This document shows positions 62,271 through 64,000 of a stretch of 64,000 nt of DNA, one piece after another (position 1 is the stretch's first letter; each line of letters begins with the position of its first letter). The notes beneath the pieces were generated by a model. The model did not search any database. It saw only the letters and a program-made list of their open reading frames with translations, and was not told the origin of the DNA. The DNA comes from Podarcis bocagei (taxonomy: Eukaryota), in NCBI GenBank assembly GCA_964188305.1, contig OZ076886.1. One strand, given 5' to 3'. Position numbers and translations under genes: made by a program.

Positions 62271-64000
62271 ATGCACTGCTAGTTCTTCCTAGTGAGCTTC
62301 TATGGGTTCCAAGGTCTGTTTCATGAAGCCCACACACAGGACACCCCTCACCACACAAAACAGCTCTGTTGGACGATACTGAGGTGGACAACACTATATC
62401 ACAATGGTGATGGACACATATGATTTGTTCACTATTATCACCATCAAAGGCCAAGACATCAAGTGAGTTCTTACCTATATTAGGTCATTTTGGCTACAAG
62501 TTGTCTGACACCCTGTGCTCTAGCCGTGGAGCCTATCACTTAATTACTCTAAGCTCCTACAAGTATATAGGAGTATATAGGACTCTGCAGATGGCCAACG
62601 CTGACAGTCCAGGTCCCTCTGGTTCAATCAGCCAGCAAGGATGGAGCATCAAAACCATCCCAGACCCCTGGGAAGCTTACAGGTCAAACCTGATCAAGTA
62701 ATGACATTATCACTTGTTCCAGACAGAAGGCAAGAACCATTGTGAGTTCTGCAACATGCACTGGCTGAGATATAATCTAAGACAGGTCCATGATTGTCAT
62801 GGAGGCCATGAATTCCTGAACTACACCAGACAAAGTCACCTTGGCTTTTATGTTGAAATCACCCAGAACCATCCACCTCATGATCCTCTGCCCTGTACCA
62901 CAAATGCATTGATGTTTTCCCTGTGCTGACTCCTTTCTTTCCTTCCCAGGAATATAAGGTGGTGAAAAAGGAGAAAAATAGCCAATTTCTTGTTACACCC
63001 CTAAAGGAACATCCCCCCTTCTTCTCATAGTCGAAATATTAGAATATACATATCTAATACAAGTTGAAAATGGAAGACCCAATGACTGCATTTGGATGGG
63101 ACACTAAACTATGATTTAGCATTAAGTGCACAAGCCTTGAGCTTGCACACTCCTCCAGCTCCCTCTCTTTTCGGGTGGCCACAAGGAATACAGAAGTTTC
63201 CATTTCCATCTAGCCAGAATTACTTATTATGTCAGAACAGCTCCAGGTACATACCCATGTTCTTCTCCATGGGTACTGTGGTGTATCTAATTTTCCATTC
63301 TGGTTGCAGTTTCCAACACAGCACCAGAAGCCACTGCAAAAGATCTTCCAACTTTTGGGAATAGCATTTACCTCTTGATTTTATTTTAAATGACTATAAG
63401 CTGCCTTTGGGGAGTGGAAAAGTGAGGTACACATAATAAATAAAATAAAATAAAAAGCTAAAATGAGGTTGGGGAATGAGAAGGATTGCAGGAAAATAAA
63501 ACTTAACTGTAAGAAAAACAGATGATCTAGAATATATGCAGAAATGCACACAATGACATCACAGGGAGACTTCTAAAACACTCCTTTAGAAGAGTGTGGT
63601 TAGTTCATTGGTAGGTAGGTTGGTAGGGGCTGTTTCCTAGATGACTTCTGTGAAGAGGTGCATCTCTCACTCTGAGAACTGCTGTGTTGAGCAAAGCTTG
63701 ATTTTAAAATAGTTGGAGCCAGCTGATTACTTACATTTCAGCAACCAAAAATCCTCTACACATCCTGAGGTGCAGTTCACCGTCTAATACAACAAATAAC
63801 ACCTGATCACAGCTTGCCTTCCTTTCCATTTCCTGCAGGTCAGTTCAACCTCATTACTTAAGATTATTTTGATGTGAAACCCCACAGCCCCAGCCACCAC
63901 AATGACAGCAACAGATGGCTCAGAAGCCCCCTCTGAATCGCCAACAATATCCTTTTCAGCTGCAACTTCAAATTCTGGTTTGTTCGTTTATTTATTTATT

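Overview
Vertebrate genomic DNA, most likely from a lacertid lizard (inferred from Squam1/Sauria, Squam3 and tRNA-Lys/CR1-tailed SINEs). The window is dominated by one minus-strand gene, CYFIP2 (WAVE regulatory complex subunit and FMRP interactor). All 30 coding exons were traced by hand with canonical GT-AG boundaries, from ATG (53867-53869) to TAA (3895-3897). They sum to 3762 nt (1253 aa + stop) and are nearly identical to human CYFIP2 as I recall it. Exons are numbered as in human, with a non-coding exon 1 that was not located. The introns hold SINEs, CR1/L2/BovB LINE 3' fragments, many DNA-transposon MITEs and microsatellites. The most interesting items are: (1) the K320E A-to-I editing codon in exon 10, with a predicted exon-intron hairpin that covers the 5' splice site; (2) a Penelope-derived minimal hammerhead ribozyme in sense orientation in intron 10, with one catalytic-core substitution; (3) a 238-codon ORF in intron 23, in frame with exon 23 behind a cryptic acceptor and followed by AATAAA; (4) no intact nested FNDC9 ORF in the intron that hosts it in human; (5) two SINE subfamilies inserted in succession at one target site. 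No prokaryotic-type systems are present. Repeat family names come from recalled consensus features, not database searches.
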